A stretch of DNA of 64,000 nucleotides, taken from the IMG/VR virus record IMGVR_UViG_3300020056_000007; one strand, given 5' to 3'. Made by a program: the position numbers and the translations under genes. How positions within the stretch are numbered: the stretch's first letter is position 1; each line of letters opens with the position of its first letter. The stretch comes from a virus. The notes beneath the pieces were generated by a model. That model was not told the origin of the DNA and made no database searches. It saw nothing but the letters and a program-made list of their open reading frames with translations. Shown here piece after piece: positions 19,840 to 29,834 of this stretch.

Positions 19840-19845
19840 TATAAT
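19817..19845 (+). promoter_or_regulatory. Early-type promoter for the gp42-like gene
   Basis: gTTTACT-17-TATAAT. Confidence 0.55.
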
Positions 19846-20541
19846 ATGCTTATGTACAGTGTAAAAGATATTAGAGAGTTTTTCATAGGTGAGCTAAAAG
19901 ATGAAGCTTTTACCATGGATAAAACTGGTCAAAAAACAATTGAAATGATTGGTGCTTCATTTATAGCAAGTGAACCAGCTATTTTTGGTACGCCTAATCA
20001 TGAATATATCGCAAAAGAACTTGCGTGGTATGAGTCACAATCAACAAACATTTATGATATTAATAAAGAGTCTGGCGCTGATGCTCCTACTGCTTGGAAA
20101 TATACTGCAAATACTCACGGAGAAATCAATTCTAATTACGGAAAATTGATTTTCGATGATATATATTATAACCAGTACGGAAACGTACTGGACGAGTTGA
20201 TTAATAATCCAGATGGGCGTAGAGCTAGTATGATCTATAATCGTCCTTCTATTTGGGTTGAATATAATGAAAACAATAAAAACGATTTTATTTGCACTAA
20301 TAGTGTTACGTATTACATACGAGATAATCTTTTACATGCTGTAGTTCAAATGAGATCTAATGATGTTATTTTTGGTTATAAAAACGATTATGCTTGGCAA
20401 CGTTACGTAATGGATCGTTTAATAATGGATTATAATGGATTAAATATGTATGATAGCGGAGATAAAATAGAGCTTGGTCACATTGTTTGGCAAGTTCAAA
20501 ACTTACATGTTTATGAAAGGCATTTCCATCTTGTTAAATAA
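19846..20541 (+). CDS. 42: dCMP hydroxymethylase-like (T4 gp42, thymidylate synthase fold)
   Basis: INSNYG, DFICT, QMRSNDVIFGYKNDYAWQ (Asp at the cytosine-specificity position), LHVYERHF. Confidence 0.8.
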   Translation: MLMYSVKDIREFFIGELKDEAFTMDKTGQKTIEMIGASFIASEPAIFGTPNHEYIAKELAWYESQSTNIYDINKESGADAPTAWKYTANTHGEINSNYGKLIFDDIYYNQYGNVLDELINNPDGRRASMIYNRPSIWVEYNENNKNDFICTNSVTYYIRDNLLHAVVQMRSNDVIFGYKNDYAWQRYVMDRLIMDYNGLNMYDSGDKIELGHIVWQVQNLHVYERHFHLVK

Positions 20542-20968
20542 ATGGAAATATCGATATTTGGATTTAGCAGATCAAGTAGGTTCTTGGTCTAAAGATCCAT
20601 CTCGTAAAATAGGAGCAATAGCAGTTGGTAAACATGGCCAAGTGTTAGCACAAGGTTATAACGGATTTCCTCGAGGTATTTCTGACATGGATGAACGTTA
20701 TAATGATCGACAACTCAAATACAAATATGTAGTACATGCAGAAATGAACTGTATTTACAATGCAGCTGATAATGGCGTATCATTAAGAGGTGCAGATTTG
20801 TACGTAACAGGTTTGCCAACCTGTTCAGATTGCGCGAAAGGAGTTATACAAGTTGGCATTAAGCGAGTCTTCATGCGAGCTGATGTTCCAGAAGCATGGA
20901 TAGACTCATGGAAATTAACACAAAGTTTCTTTAATGAAGCAGGAGTCAAATATGAACTTATTGGATAA
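20474..20968 (+). CDS. cd: dCMP deaminase
   Basis: SKDP, GYNGFPRG, HAEMN, PTCSDCAK. Confidence 0.88.
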   Translation: MVTLFGKFKTYMFMKGISILLNKWKYRYLDLADQVGSWSKDPSRKIGAIAVGKHGQVLAQGYNGFPRGISDMDERYNDRQLKYKYVVHAEMNCIYNAADNGVSLRGADLYVTGLPTCSDCAKGVIQVGIKRVFMRADVPEAWIDSWKLTQSFFNEAGVKYELIG

Positions 20969-21194
20969 AGTAAAAGCAAGTACCGAATCACCCGATGACG
21001 ACAACTCATATACTCAAGAAAGATATTATGAATATATGTTAAGGCGTTATCGAGAAGAAAAAGAATCTCAAACTCCTATTAAATCTGATCTTCAACGAGA
21101 AGCTGAAATATCAGATTTAAAAGAAAGAATTAAAAAACTTGAAGTCGATATGGCTCATGTCCAATTAGAACAAAAAACAACTCTATATGGGTAA
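20934..21194 (+). CDS. Hypothetical protein
   Basis: ORF ending just before a terminator. Confidence 0.5.
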   Translation: MKQESNMNLLDKVKASTESPDDDNSYTQERYYEYMLRRYREEKESQTPIKSDLQREAEISDLKERIKKLEVDMAHVQLEQKTTLYG

Positions 21195-21202
21195 TTGATT
21201 AG

Positions 21203-21227
21203 GTGAGGGGAAATTTCCCCTCACTTT
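21203..21227 (+). terminator. Rho-independent terminator
   Basis: GTGAGGGGAA-at-TTCCCCTCAC-ttt. Confidence 0.7.
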
Positions 21228-21239
21228 AAAACTTAACGG

Positions 21240-21268
21240 TGTACATTCTACTAAAAATTTGATAGAAT
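21240..21268 (+). promoter_or_regulatory. Early-type promoter for the glycosyltransferase operon
   Basis: aacgg-TGTACA-17-TAGAAT. Confidence 0.65.
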
Positions 21269-21295
21269 AATAAAAATAACAGTTAGGACTATATT

Positions 21296-22573
21296 ATGAA
21301 AATTGGCGTAATTCTTGGCCGCGGTGTAGAAGGCGTTGGCCTTACTAAGAATGTAGTAGAATTTCAAAAATTATTTCCAGGCGTAGAAGTATTTGCCACA
21401 ATTGATAAATTGTGGCCACGTATGAATTCTATGAATTTTAAAGTAAATTATTTTCGTGGATCTGATTGGGATACTATTAGTAAGCCTGCTAAAAAATTTC
21501 CCAATTTACTTACCTGTACTCAAGTAATTGATCGTATAAATGAATTAGATGCTTGTATTGTTTGGAGTGTACCTTCAAAATCTCATCCAGAAGATATGGT
21601 TGAAAATTTTATTAATTTACTTGATAAAATTAAAATACGTAAATCATTAGTTCAAGTTGATCATAAAATTCATTCAATTAATCGTAATGCACGATTATCT
21701 GAAATTTGTTCTAAAATGAATGTTCTTATGTGTCATTCAATTGATAATCCATTTGGTCAATGGGTAAAGAAAAATAATATTAAAGTCCCTCTTACTAATA
21801 TGGGTGTAGGATTTAATTTCAATAAAGATTATTGGAAACCAATTGAACAGCAAGATCCTCGTTATATTCGTTGGGTTGGTAGATCTGCCATGTGGAAAGG
21901 TCCAGATCTTATGATTGATTTACACAATGATTGGTTTCGTAAAAGCAATTTCATTACAGTATTAGAAGGTTTAGAAGCATCTATCCAATGGCCACTCATT
22001 GTATATAAAAATCCAAAAGAAATGTCTGATAGACGAGATGTGATTAATTATTTCAGACCTGAAAAAGGTATAGATGAAAATTCTTCTAGAGATCCACAAT
22101 ATGGTACTGAAAAAGAAAACTCAGGCGCTTATCTTTATACATCATATATTCATAGTGAAATGATGGAACGTATGAGTCTTAGCGGGTTTGGTGCAGATTT
22201 GATGAACTTTAAAGAAAATGTATATGGTAATAATGTAGAATATTGTCATACTGATGCATTTGCTGCTGGTGTTATTCCATTATTCCATAAACACTTTTGT
22301 GATAATGTTATACACCGTAAACAAGGAAAACCAATTTCTGAGTGCATAAATACTGGTACGTTGGGTATAGATAAAACTAATGCACGTGATGTATTTCAGA
22401 CAATGATGAATCTTAAAAATGATAATGGACTTAGATCTGATATGCGAGAACAAATGTTTGAATTTTGGAAAGAACATTGCGATGCTGAAATAGTTTATAA
22501 AGACATTCTCGACAAAACACTTAATTTTAACGAGCTTGAAGAAGAAGCTACATTGGAGGAGTTTTTTGCATGA
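21296..22573 (+). CDS. DNA glycosyltransferase, T4 alpha-glucosyltransferase-like
   Basis: N-terminus GRGVEGVGLTK resembles T4 AGT; WVGR..WKG, EY; C-terminal LEEFF clamp-binding motif. Confidence 0.7.
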   Translation: MKIGVILGRGVEGVGLTKNVVEFQKLFPGVEVFATIDKLWPRMNSMNFKVNYFRGSDWDTISKPAKKFPNLLTCTQVIDRINELDACIVWSVPSKSHPEDMVENFINLLDKIKIRKSLVQVDHKIHSINRNARLSEICSKMNVLMCHSIDNPFGQWVKKNNIKVPLTNMGVGFNFNKDYWKPIEQQDPRYIRWVGRSAMWKGPDLMIDLHNDWFRKSNFITVLEGLEASIQWPLIVYKNPKEMSDRRDVINYFRPEKGIDENSSRDPQYGTEKENSGAYLYTSYIHSEMMERMSLSGFGADLMNFKENVYGNNVEYCHTDAFAAGVIPLFHKHFCDNVIHRKQGKPISECINTGTLGIDKTNARDVFQTMMNLKNDNGLRSDMREQMFEFWKEHCDAEIVYKDILDKTLNFNELEEEATLEEFFA

Positions 22574-23322
22574 AAATTGTAATTACTGGATCAAGAGGGT
22601 TTATTGGTTCCCATCTTAAAAATCATTATGAAAACAAACATCAAATTGTTGAATGGGATAGAAGTATTAAAAAAAACATTGAAGATTTTTCTTTGTCATC
22701 TGGTGTTGGTGCAGTAGTTCATTTAGCTGCACTTGCTGATGTAAGAAGAAGTATTGCTGAACCCGATTTATATTGGCAAAATAATGTAATAAATACTAAA
22801 AGAATACAGGATATGTGTGCAATGCATAACGTAAAGTTATTATATGCATCTTCATCATGTATTCACAATTGGAGTTTATCACCGTATGGAACCTCAAAGA
22901 AAGTCAACGAAGCAACAGCTCATCCAGGCCAAGTTGGTCTCCGCTTTACCACTGTTTATGGCGATGGTGCTCGGGATACTATGTTTATGGGCCGGCTTCT
23001 TTCCGGTGATCTTCAGTATAGTACTAACCATATTCGTGATTTTATTCATGTTAGTGATGTTGTCTCAGCGATTGATTCAATTATTTTTTCTGAGCATGAA
23101 CCCAAACATGGCGCTTATGATATTGGGACTGGAAATGGTAATCCTGTATCAGCTCTTGCTAAATTGGCTGGATATGATATTCCCGTAAAAGATGGGGATC
23201 CATGCGAAGCACAGGATAATACTGCAGATATTACACCAATGCAAGAAGAGTTTGGTTGGGAACCAAAGGTTGATGTAAAAAAATATATTATTAATCATCA
23301 ATATGAAGGAACTCCTGTTTAA
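22570..23322 (+). CDS. NAD-dependent sugar epimerase/dehydratase
   Basis: TGSRGFIG, YASSS, YGTSK, RFTTVYG, RDFIHVSD. Confidence 0.88.
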   Translation: MKIVITGSRGFIGSHLKNHYENKHQIVEWDRSIKKNIEDFSLSSGVGAVVHLAALADVRRSIAEPDLYWQNNVINTKRIQDMCAMHNVKLLYASSSCIHNWSLSPYGTSKKVNEATAHPGQVGLRFTTVYGDGARDTMFMGRLLSGDLQYSTNHIRDFIHVSDVVSAIDSIIFSEHEPKHGAYDIGTGNGNPVSALAKLAGYDIPVKDGDPCEAQDNTADITPMQEEFGWEPKVDVKKYIINHQYEGTPV

Positions 23323-24512
23323 TGAATTATGCAAGTATAGTCCCGCTCATTGGTGGTGAGACTATCGCCATGGAGCGGGTCTTTAATAAAAAACCGGAGT
23401 ATATTTTAAGTTATGAACCGTTTCAATCTAATGACGACCATTTGGTCAAATATTACAAATCAGTTCCCTACCATCTTATCGATGATGGTAGGGAACCTGT
23501 GTTTTCTAATGTCGATGTTATTAATACCGTATGTCCTTGTGCTGGTCTTAGCAGTTTATCTACTACAGCTAATTCTGATTCTGCTGCTAACGATTGGATG
23601 CGCACCACAGCTACTTATGTATTGGGTACACTCAAACCTAAAGTATTCTGGGGCGAAAACGCGCCAAGACTTGCTTCTAAAATGGGACAACCGATTGTCG
23701 AAGATCTCAGACAAATTGGGAGAGATAACGGATACACTTTCTCAATATATAAGACGAAGTCTATCCTTCATGGATTAAGTCAAACTCGTGATAGAACTTT
23801 TTATTTTTTCTGGAAAGGTGAAAAAGTACCAAAATTCGAATATATAAAAAGGAAGCACGAGAAAATTGAGGATACGATACGTTCCGTGAAACGAGATCAA
23901 GCTGATCCAATGAACATCCTAACTAATGATCGTGTTCCAACTGAGAATGCTTATTATAAGTATATCCTTCAAGAAATTGAAGGTGGTATGGATCATGCTA
24001 CATTTTCTTCTAAAATAGAAAAATCTACAAACGTATTAGATCATATTGAAAAACATACAACTTATGACAAAGTAGCTAAATGGATGGCTAAAAATGGCTA
24101 TCATAAAGAAGCTGATCGTTGTAATAAAATGTATGATAAATTAAAAGCCGGTTTTAATATTATGAGAAAAAATGTAGAAATTCCAAAAGATTATATTGGA
24201 GCATTTGTAGGACATTATCCAACACAACTTACTCATCCAGATGAAGATCGTTTTCTTACAATTCGTGAATGTATGTCTATTATGAAATTACCTAATGACA
24301 TGATATTACAAGGCGGTAAAAAAAATATAAATCATATTTGTCAAAACGTGCCCGTAACTACTGCTATGGATATGGCAGAGCATGTATTAAAATTTATTGA
24401 TGGTAGATTATCAAATCAAATGATTGATACTGATTATGTAGTTCAATGTAATAAATCTCAAAAAATTCAATATCAGCAAAATAGTTTACAACTCGATGAA
24501 TTTATGGTATAA
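23322..24512 (+). CDS. C5 cytosine DNA methyltransferase-like protein with atypical motif I
   Basis: PCAGLS (IV), GENAP (VI), QTRDR (VIII), RFLTIRE, NVP; motif I reads IVPLIGG; C-terminal LDEF. Confidence 0.75.
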   Translation: MNYASIVPLIGGETIAMERVFNKKPEYILSYEPFQSNDDHLVKYYKSVPYHLIDDGREPVFSNVDVINTVCPCAGLSSLSTTANSDSAANDWMRTTATYVLGTLKPKVFWGENAPRLASKMGQPIVEDLRQIGRDNGYTFSIYKTKSILHGLSQTRDRTFYFFWKGEKVPKFEYIKRKHEKIEDTIRSVKRDQADPMNILTNDRVPTENAYYKYILQEIEGGMDHATFSSKIEKSTNVLDHIEKHTTYDKVAKWMAKNGYHKEADRCNKMYDKLKAGFNIMRKNVEIPKDYIGAFVGHYPTQLTHPDEDRFLTIRECMSIMKLPNDMILQGGKKNINHICQNVPVTTAMDMAEHVLKFIDGRLSNQMIDTDYVVQCNKSQKIQYQQNSLQLDEFMV

Positions 24513-24513
24513 T
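24485..24513 (+). promoter_or_regulatory. Early-type promoter for uvsX
   Basis: gTTTACA-17-TATAAT. Confidence 0.7.
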
Positions 24514-24535
24514 AATAAAGTTAAAGGAGCAATAT

Positions 24536-25576
24536 ATGTCAATAATGGATAAATTGAAAAAGAATAGTAAAGTAGAATATACTAATGTTCTTGCAGATAG
24601 TAAATTTTTTACTGAAAAAGATATGGTACCAACAGATGTGCCAATGATTAATGTTGCATTATCGGGTTCAGTTGATGGCGGTGTTGCACCAGGTCTTACT
24701 GTATTAGCTGGTCCATCAAAACATTTTAAAACTTCATTTGGTCTTATTATGGCCTCAGCATATTTGAAAAAATATCCTGAAGCTGTATTATTATTTTATG
24801 ATTCTGAATTTGGTTCACCACAATCATACTTTCAACAATACGATATTGATACAACTCGTGTTCTTCATACACCAATTACAAATGTAGAAGAACTTAAATT
24901 TGATGTTATATCACAACTTGAAGGTTTGGATAGAGAAGATAAAGTTATCATAATGATTGATTCAGTTGGTAACTTAGCATCGAAAAAAGAATTAGAAGAT
25001 GCTATCAATGAAAAATCTGTAGCAGATATGTCAAGAGCAAAAGCTCTTAAAGGCTTATTTAGAATGGTAACACCATATTTAAATATGAAAGATATTCCTT
25101 TACTTGCTGTAAATCATACTTATATGGAAATTGGTTTATTTCCAAAAGCAGTGGTGTCTGGTGGAACGGGTATATACTATAGTGCGGATAATATTTGGAT
25201 TCTTGGTAGACAACAAGATAAAAAAGGTACAGAAATTCAAGGTTACCATTTTGTAATTAATGTTGAGAAAAGTAGATATGTTAAAGAAAAGTCTAAGATT
25301 CCTATTACTGTTTCCTGGGACGGTGGTGTTCGCAATTACAGCGGCCTTCTTGATGTGGCTCTCGCTGGTGGCTACGTTACTAAACCTTCCAACGGCTGGT
25401 ACGCTGAAGTTAATCAGGAAACTGGTGAAATTGGCTCAAAGGTTAGGTATGATCAAACTTTAGAGGAAGCCTTTTGGATACCAATTTTTGAAGACACAGA
25501 TTTTAAAGAATTTTTGAAAAAGCAATATGCTATTGGTTATAAAGCAGAAGTGGAGCTAGATTTTGAAACAGAATGA
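24536..25576 (+). CDS. uvsX: RecA-like recombinase UvsX
   Basis: AGPSKHFKT, YDSEFG, DSVGNLAS, SGGTG. Confidence 0.95.
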   Translation: MSIMDKLKKNSKVEYTNVLADSKFFTEKDMVPTDVPMINVALSGSVDGGVAPGLTVLAGPSKHFKTSFGLIMASAYLKKYPEAVLLFYDSEFGSPQSYFQQYDIDTTRVLHTPITNVEELKFDVISQLEGLDREDKVIIMIDSVGNLASKKELEDAINEKSVADMSRAKALKGLFRMVTPYLNMKDIPLLAVNHTYMEIGLFPKAVVSGGTGIYYSADNIWILGRQQDKKGTEIQGYHFVINVEKSRYVKEKSKIPITVSWDGGVRNYSGLLDVALAGGYVTKPSNGWYAEVNQETGEIGSKVRYDQTLEEAFWIPIFEDTDFKEFLKKQYAIGYKAEVELDFETE

Positions 25577-25829
25577 AGACTTTGAACTTATTCCTGATAA
25601 TGATCCTGAATGGTGGAATGTCAGAATATTAAAAGGTGATTTTACTGAAACTGTTTTTCGTTTTGGTTCAATAGCTATTATGGAAGATTCTGAAACAATG
25701 TCATTTGATTTTAATATTCTAAGTAGTCCCATTGAAGGTTTAGTAGAAGAAGATTGCCAAGATGTAGTATCTAAAATACTAGAAGCTGTTATGACAGATG
25801 CCATAAACAAGAAAATAAAAAATGAATGA
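25563..25829 (+). CDS. Small acidic protein in the gp40 position
   Basis: Between uvsX and gp41; synteny only. Confidence 0.45.
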   Translation: MKQNEDFELIPDNDPEWWNVRILKGDFTETVFRFGSIAIMEDSETMSFDFNILSSPIEGLVEEDCQDVVSKILEAVMTDAINKKIKNE

Positions 25830-26064
25830 GTTTAGAATTGGCATATTTAATCTTTTAAGAAAGATTATAGGTGGAAGCAGTGTACTTCTAGCGGTCATAT
25901 ATACACTAGGTCATATAATTATTGCCATGACTTGCAACTACTTAATAACCGGAGCTAGATTAGATCTTGCTGCAATTGATGCACTTATAGAACCTATCAT
26001 AAATGGATTTTGGTTTTATATTTTGCATAAGATTTGGAAAGGATTACAAAATGAAAGCAGGTAA
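25822..26064 (+). CDS. Small membrane protein (DUF2061-like)
   Basis: YTLGH...IEPIINGFWFYILHKIW. Confidence 0.55.
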   Translation: MNEFRIGIFNLLRKIIGGSSVLLAVIYTLGHIIIAMTCNYLITGARLDLAAIDALIEPIINGFWFYILHKIWKGLQNESR

Positions 26065-26401
26065 AGTATGGGGTACAACTGAGCTTATTGAAGCAAATGG
26101 TGCCTTAGAATTTCATCGCATTGAAATGAAAAAGAATGGAGTATGTTCTAAGCATCTTCATAAGTATAAATGGAACGGATTCTATGTAGAGTCAGGTAAA
26201 ATGCGAGTAAAAGTTTGGCAAAAAGATTATGATTTAATTGATGAAACTATTATTGGTCCGGGTCAATATACGAAAGTAAAACCAGGACTATACCACCAGT
26301 TTGAATGTCTTCAAGACGGCGTAGCGTATGAATTATATTGGGCAGAATTTAATCATAATGATATTGTGCGTGAAACAACTGGATTCTTAGGTAATCAATG
26401 A
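26051..26401 (+). CDS. Cupin protein (sugar isomerase-like)
   Basis: KVWG, CSKHLH, FYVESG, YHQF. Confidence 0.7.
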   Translation: MKAGKVWGTTELIEANGALEFHRIEMKKNGVCSKHLHKYKWNGFYVESGKMRVKVWQKDYDLIDETIIGPGQYTKVKPGLYHQFECLQDGVAYELYWAEFNHNDIVRETTGFLGNQ

Positions 26402-27762
26402 ATAATAAAATAGAACAAACTATACTTCGAAATTTGCTTAGCGATGAGAAGTATATGAGGCGTGTATTGCCTTTTATTAAACCTGAATACTTTGAAGGTC
26501 CATATCGTACTTTATTCAAAGAAGCTGGTAAGTATGTAGCAAAGTATAATAAATTGCCTACCGCTGAATCATTTATGGTTGAGCTGAATAATTCAGATGT
26601 AAGTGGTGATGCTTACACCGCAGCATGTGAAATTGCTGAAACATTATTTGTTGGTGATTCAGTTGATGAACAATGGCTTATTGATAACACTGAAAAGTGG
26701 TGTCAAGATCGTGCAATCTATAATGCTGTAATGGAATCAATTACTATCATTGATGGTAAGCATGATAAATTAACTAAGAATAGTCTTCCATCTCTTTTAC
26801 AAGATGCACTAGCTGTAACATTCGATGCTTCAGTTGGACATGACTATACAGAAGATGCAGGATTAAGATATGACTTTTATCACACTGAAGAAGATAGAAT
26901 TCCTTTTGATTTGGAATACTTTAATAAAATTACTAAAGGAGGTGTACCTAATAAAACCCTCAACATTGCTTTGGCTGGGACTGGGGTTGGCAAATCTTTG
27001 TTTATGTGTCACGTTGCTGCTAACGCATTACTTGAAGGAAGGAACGTTCTTTACATAACAATGGAAATGGCAGAAGAAAGAATAGCAGAACGTATTGATG
27101 CTAATTTACTTAATGTAGCCATTGATCAATTAGATAATTTATCTAAAGATATGTTTACAACTAAAGTTGCTGACCTTGCGCGTAAAACAACTGGTAAATT
27201 AATTATTAAAGAATATCCCACTGGTTCTGCACATGCTGGTCATTTTAGAGCATTATTAAATGAATTAAAATTAAAGAAACAATTCTTACCTGATATTATC
27301 TTTATTGATTATTTAAATATTTGTGCATCTAGTAGAATGAAAGGAATGGGCGGTGCTATCAATTCATACAACTACATTAAAGCAATTGCTGAAGAACTAC
27401 GAGGTCTTGCAGTGGAATACGACCTACCGATATTCTCTGCAACGCAAACGACTCGCAGTGGTTATAGCAACTCGGATGTTGGGCTTGAAGATACCTCTGA
27501 GTCTTTTGGATTACCCGCTACCGCAGACCTCATGTTCGCACTCATCTCAACCGAAGAACTTGAAAAATCACGTCAAATTATGGTTAAGCAACTTAAAAAT
27601 CGTTATAATGATCCTACTCATCATAAAAGATTTGTTATTGGTATTGATCGAAGTCGTATGCGCCTTTATGATGTGGATGATTCCCAACAAACGTTAACTG
27701 ATGATACACCAGTTTTTGATAAAACTCCAGCCGGTAAAAAGTTTGAAGATTTTAAATTATGA
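26398..27762 (+). CDS. 41: Replicative helicase gp41
   Basis: AGTGVGKS, TMEMAEE, IFIDY, SATQTTR, QLKNRY. Confidence 0.96.
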   Translation: MNNKIEQTILRNLLSDEKYMRRVLPFIKPEYFEGPYRTLFKEAGKYVAKYNKLPTAESFMVELNNSDVSGDAYTAACEIAETLFVGDSVDEQWLIDNTEKWCQDRAIYNAVMESITIIDGKHDKLTKNSLPSLLQDALAVTFDASVGHDYTEDAGLRYDFYHTEEDRIPFDLEYFNKITKGGVPNKTLNIALAGTGVGKSLFMCHVAANALLEGRNVLYITMEMAEERIAERIDANLLNVAIDQLDNLSKDMFTTKVADLARKTTGKLIIKEYPTGSAHAGHFRALLNELKLKKQFLPDIIFIDYLNICASSRMKGMGGAINSYNYIKAIAEELRGLAVEYDLPIFSATQTTRSGYSNSDVGLEDTSESFGLPATADLMFALISTEELEKSRQIMVKQLKNRYNDPTHHKRFVIGIDRSRMRLYDVDDSQQTLTDDTPVFDKTPAGKKFEDFKL

Positions 27763-28694
27763 GATATTTATTAGTAGGTTCTACATTTGAAGAAGATAAT
27801 AGCTATCCAGCTGTACAACTTCAAAATTATAAATTTGTATTTGATAATGCAGATATTGTAACTATAAGAAAACCAGAAGCAGATAAGAAAAATCCAATCT
27901 ATTATAAAAAATTAATGGATGAATTTAATAAGTATAATTTAGATGATTATGATTTTGTTATTGGTGTCGGAGATTTTTATTGGTCCGGTTTAAATAAAGC
28001 TCATGGATTTCGTAAACCAAATACAACCGCTAAATTTGTAGAGTTTAATAATCGTCCAGAAATAATGAGTGATGTTCCTGATTATGTGTTATATCATTTA
28101 AATATACCTACAACAACATATGGCTGTAAATATGTAGGACAAGGATTAGATCCATATAAATTGTCTATATCTAATCCAGATAAAGACTTTTTGAGAGTTT
28201 TAGTAGATCATAGAATGAATAATAGAAATGATAATACAGATAATATTTTGTCATATCTTGAAGGCGTATCTAAAAACATTCCTCTTAAAGTAATTCATCA
28301 TTCGAATTCTGGATTGGTTGAAAATGCATTTATAGAATCAGATGAATCTAAACAATTACCAACTTATAAAAAATATCCATATTTAGATATGTGTAAACTA
28401 TATAGCGAAATAGATATATTCTTTGCTACTCATAGAGAAACACAAGGATTAACTGGACTAGAAGTAGCAATGTGTGGTGGGCTTCCGATAATAGGATATA
28501 ATATGTATCCACAAGAAATTAAAAATAAACTACCGCACTATGCATATGGGTCTTTAGGAGACATTAATTGGACATCAGTAAAATCATTATGTTCTAATAA
28601 ATTTAGAATAGAACGAAGAGAAAAAATTAAAAAACATTTTGGTTTAAATAAATTTAAAAAAAGAGTATTAAATGCTCTTGAAATTTCACTTTAA
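27759..28694 (+). CDS. Putative GT-B glycosyltransferase
   Basis: ETQGLTGLE (EX7E) motif. Confidence 0.6.
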   Translation: MRYLLVGSTFEEDNSYPAVQLQNYKFVFDNADIVTIRKPEADKKNPIYYKKLMDEFNKYNLDDYDFVIGVGDFYWSGLNKAHGFRKPNTTAKFVEFNNRPEIMSDVPDYVLYHLNIPTTTYGCKYVGQGLDPYKLSISNPDKDFLRVLVDHRMNNRNDNTDNILSYLEGVSKNIPLKVIHHSNSGLVENAFIESDESKQLPTYKKYPYLDMCKLYSEIDIFFATHRETQGLTGLEVAMCGGLPIIGYNMYPQEIKNKLPHYAYGSLGDINWTSVKSLCSNKFRIERREKIKKHFGLNKFKKRVLNALEISL

Positions 28695-28718
28695 ATAAAT
28701 AATAGGTATAATAAAAAA

Positions 28719-29432
28719 ATGTCAGAAGGCAAACTATTGCAAAAAGTAAAATTAATTAGTTATTCCCAACCAGTATCGGAAGGAGTTGATGTCGATGACG
28801 CTCAAGATCTCATCGCTTATTGCGCCCGTGTTTCCAATCCATCGAACCAATCTAATAAAAAGACAGCTGAAAGACTCTTGTCATACCTTGCCAAAGAAAA
28901 CCACTGGTCACCGTTCGAAATGGTCTCAGCTTGCCTTGAAATCGAAACAACCCGTGACATCGCAAGACAAATCTTAAGACATAGAAGTTTTAGCTTTCAA
29001 GAATTTAGTCAACGATATGCTGATCCTCTTAAAGATTTAGATATGGTTAAACGTGAAGCTCGTCTTCAAGACTATAGCAATCGTCAAAATTCTATTGAAA
29101 TTGAAAATGATCCTTCTATTCAATTAGATTTAACAAAACAAAATTTGATTACTGAGTGGGGTCGTAGACAACACGGAATTATGAATCAAGCTAGAGATGT
29201 ATATCAATGGGCAATAGAAAATGGTATTGCTAAAGAACAAGCACGTTCTGTTTTACCAGAAGGAAATACAGTATCAAGAATTTATATGAATGGTACTATT
29301 CGTTCTTGGATGCATTATATTGAATTAAGATCAGGTAATGGAACTCAAAAAGAACACCGTGAGGTTGCAATTGCTTGTGCTAAAGAATTGGAAAAGGTAT
29401 TTCCAATCATACATAAATTCATAAAAAAATGA
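28719..29432 (+). CDS. thyX: Flavin-dependent thymidylate synthase
   Basis: HWSPFE, RHRSFSFQEFSQRY, TQKEHRE. Confidence 0.95.
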   Translation: MSEGKLLQKVKLISYSQPVSEGVDVDDAQDLIAYCARVSNPSNQSNKKTAERLLSYLAKENHWSPFEMVSACLEIETTRDIARQILRHRSFSFQEFSQRYADPLKDLDMVKREARLQDYSNRQNSIEIENDPSIQLDLTKQNLITEWGRRQHGIMNQARDVYQWAIENGIAKEQARSVLPEGNTVSRIYMNGTIRSWMHYIELRSGNGTQKEHREVAIACAKELEKVFPIIHKFIKK

Positions 29433-29457
29433 AAAAAAATGCACTTTAAACGCATTT

Positions 29458-29491
29458 AACGGTTTACATTTCCTCAAAACTGTGGTAGAAT
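29458..29491 (+). promoter_or_regulatory. Strong early promoter (repeat family)
   Basis: aacggTTTACAtttcctcaaaactgtggTAGAAT. Confidence 0.85.
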
Positions 29492-29522
29492 ATATCTATA
29501 AAATGGAAAAAGAGGAAAACAA

Positions 29523-29834
29523 ATGCAAGTTTTAGTTCAACACCAAGAATTCAATAACGACACTGGCGAAGTAATTGGTTTCACCGACGTAGCACGTGTT
29601 AATGTTTCCCCTATTGCTACATTTAATCAAGCGCTTGAGTATGCATGGCGTTATACAAATAATGTAATGGGTAGCTGGTCTAAAAAAATCGGCGGAGATG
29701 CTAATGACGATGTTGAAGTTTTGTATCAGCGTGAAGATGGTATGGGACTTCGTTCATCTATGGTTGGTGATCGTTTTATCTTAGACGGTAAAACTTATAA
29801 AGTTGCATTTGCTGGATTTGAGGAGGTAGTATAA
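29523..29834 (+). CDS. Early hypothetical protein
   Basis: First ORF after the promoter; RSSMVGD motif. Confidence 0.65.
   Translation: MQVLVQHQEFNNDTGEVIGFTDVARVNVSPIATFNQALEYAWRYTNNVMGSWSKKIGGDANDDVEVLYQREDGMGLRSSMVGDRFILDGKTYKVAFAGFEEVV

Noticed and set aside
19846-20541. Ordinary thymidylate synthase (thyA)
   Set aside because: It has a gp42-like NDYAWQ with Asp instead of Asn, and thyX is present at 28719
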